A stretch of DNA of 16,789 bases from a candidate division WOR-3 bacterium (lineage in GTDB: Bacteria; Hydrothermota; Tepidihabitantia; Tepidihabitantales; Tepidihabitantaceae): positions 1 to 16,789 of the forward strand of contig JBDRUH010000026.1 of the NCBI GenBank assembly GCA_039801225.1, read 5' to 3'. Numbering within the stretch: the stretch's first letter is position 1; each line of letters opens with the position of its first letter. Positions 15,091 to 16,789 of the stretch are shown here, in pieces. The position numbers were made by a program, and so were the translations under genes. Below the pieces are notes generated by a model. It saw nothing but the letters and a program-made list of their open reading frames with translations, searched no databases and was not told the origin of the DNA.

Positions 15091-16789
15091 TCACAGCAAA
15101 AGTTCGTCCTCAAATGCCTTCTTAAAATCTTTCTTTAACTTTTCATTGTAAAATGGTAATCCTAACAGCTTATAATGCTCATTTTGATACAGTAGTTTGG
15201 GCTCGGCATTGTTTTTCAATTCCAGTAAAAACTTTTGTTTCCAACCTTCTTTCGAATACTCAAATTTACCGTCTTTATCTTTGAATTGGTCGCCTTTGGG
15301 TTCAATAAAGACCTGATAAACCAGAATTTCTCTATTTTTTTTGCGCAACATCAGCACAAAATCCGGCTCAAACGCCCTACCTTCATCAAAATCAAATATC
15401 TGAAAGAACTTCTCGTTGCGCAGCAGAGCAATTTCATCATACCGCTTTCTTAAATCAGTTATAATATTCTCCATAAATCTAATAAAGTTGCTTTCCTCAT
15501 CAGTTCCATAAAATGCAGTTTGAGCATACCAGTTTCTATCAGCGATATTAATTTCGGTTGAGTTCATATCCTTTGCCGCATCAGCATCAATCTTAATAAT
15601 CTTGTCTCGGAAAATTTCTCGCAACAAATGGGCTTTGAACAATCTAGTTCCTTTAAATTCGGCAACATTTTTGACCGCTTGCTCTGATATTGACTTAAGA
15701 ATCGAAAGAACTATTTCCATTTTCTCCTGGGGACTCAGGTTTTCTAATTTATCCTTTGGTCCAGATACATTTACCTTAATAACTCCCAAATAATTCGGCG
15801 ATGAGATAAATTCCCGGAGAGACTTAAGATGCGGAAAATAACGCCGAAGGTGTGCAAACTTGTAAAATTCAAGCCTATCTAATGCACTTCTGATGATATG
15901 ATCACCAAATTCTGAAATTGCGAATTCCTTCCGTGACACTGCTGCACTAAATGATTTTTGTTGGTTTTCGGTCTCTGCCAATATAATTTCTTCTTTAATT
16001 TCGCCGGTCTTCAGGTTATAAGAGTACTCTTTTTCAACGCCGGCATCTCCGAGTCTGAATATATCACTACGCGGGTTTTGTATTCTTTCATTGATGAATA
16101 GATTTCCCCTTTTCCAGAATTCAGTTTCCTTGAACTCATTTTTGATAAACAAATTCTGCTGAACATACCTTTCCGGTAAAATTCCCCTCTCTGTTAAAGC
16201 GGACTTAATTTCTACAATATAGTCTGGATTACGGGCACTATGATAGTGCAATGTTTCAATTATCCGTAAATCATTGTTGATATCATCATCAAACTTCCTC
16301 TTGTATTTATCTTGAGTTTCATCCAATTGAAAAGGATAATACCTGGCTCCTCTGCCAATTAGTTGGCATTCTCCTATTGTTGTAGTTCCAGGTTTATATT
16401 TACCCCTTACCCATTTTCCGTCACGGGTATCATACAGTCGGACAATATCAAACAAATTGAGCACATCCCAGCCTTCATTAAGCATATTAACGGCAAAGAT
16501 TGCCCTGATTTCGTTGTTCCTGCTTTCCAATGAATTAAGTAACAACTGCTTTTCCTCGTCAACATTTTCCGAATCCAACAGCATCACCTTTTCCGGTGCA
16601 AAATCCTCCTGCAGCTCTCTAATTAAATTATCATAGGTGATATTCTCTTTCCGAAAGTAGTTAAACGCCTTTTCCAAATCAGTCCCCTTTGCCCGTGCTT
16701 CGATTCCTCTAATATCTTTAGACCGCAAATTTCTTATGCGGCTGAGAAAATTATCGTAGTTCTGCTTTGACTCCTTTATACTCTTTGAC
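15091..16789 (-). CDS. res: type III restriction-modification Res subunit (SF2 helicase plus PD-(D/E)xK nuclease), 5'-truncated by the window edge
   Basis: Frame stays open to the window end (SKSIKESKQNYDNFLSRIRNL precedes the listed ORF); IFAVNMLNEGWDVLN and QLIGRGAR helicase motifs; FEPDFVL...FIEPKG nuclease motif; visibly AT-richer than flanking genes. Confidence 0.88.
   Translation of the reverse strand, partial: SKSIKESKQNYDNFLSRIRNLRSKDIRGIEARAKGTDLEKAFNYFRKENITYDNLIRELQEDFAPEKVMLLDSENVDEEKQLLLNSLESRNNEIRAIFAVNMLNEGWDVLNLFDIVRLYDTRDGKWVRGKYKPGTTTIGECQLIGRGARYYPFQLDETQDKYKRKFDDDINNDLRIIETLHYHSARNPDYIVEIKSALTERGILPERYVQQNLFIKNEFKETEFWKRGNLFINERIQNPRSDIFRLGDAGVEKEYSYNLKTGEIKEEIILAETENQQKSFSAAVSRKEFAISEFGDHIIRSALDRLEFYKFAHLRRYFPHLKSLREFISSPNYLGVIKVNVSGPKDKLENLSPQEKMEIVLSILKSISEQAVKNVAEFKGTRLFKAHLLREIFRDKIIKIDADAAKDMNSTEINIADRNWYAQTAFYGTDEESNFIRFMENIITDLRKRYDEIALLRNEKFFQIFDFDEGRAFEPDFVLMLRKKNREILVYQVFIEPKGDQFKDKDGKFEYSKEGWKQKFLLELKNNAEPKLLYQNEHYKLLGLPFYNEKLKKDFKKAFEDELLL

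Noticed and set aside
367..15793. Numerous antisense and alternate-frame ORFs in the ORF track (e.g. 10753-11340, 3664-4107, 2963-3313, 4710-4937)
   Set aside because: Shadow ORFs overlapping well-supported genes or tRNAs, with no recognisable motifs or RBS
1..16789. CRISPR array, IS element, selenocysteine or recoded-stop signals
   Set aside because: No regularly spaced repeats or transposase seen, and all genes read through cleanly in the standard code

Overview
Bacterial housekeeping region; thermophile-like L4 signature; deep-branching lineage, possibly candidate division WOR-3 (impression only, not established). Order: acyP-ribD-ribE-SPL-like radical SAM operon (+), serS (+), a convergent tRNA-Leu(GAG)/REP-like doublet/cdd unit (-), a divergent two-lipoprotein operon with a long structured 5' leader and an intrinsic terminator (+), and the S10-spc ribosomal cluster from rpsJ to rplF. 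The cluster stops abruptly at rplF (no rplR-rpsE-rpmD-rplO-secY) and is followed by tRNA-Glu(CUC)-fabH (+) and the 3' part of an AT-rich type III restriction Res gene (-) running off the window. Most notable: (i) all six recognisable sigma70-type promoters have a 16-bp spacer, and two appear to give leaderless mRNAs; (ii) a candidate two-state RNA leader precedes two uncharacterised lipoproteins; (iii) the spc cluster breaks after rplF; (iv) L22, L3, S3, L5 and L6 carry unusual substitutions in normally conserved loops.
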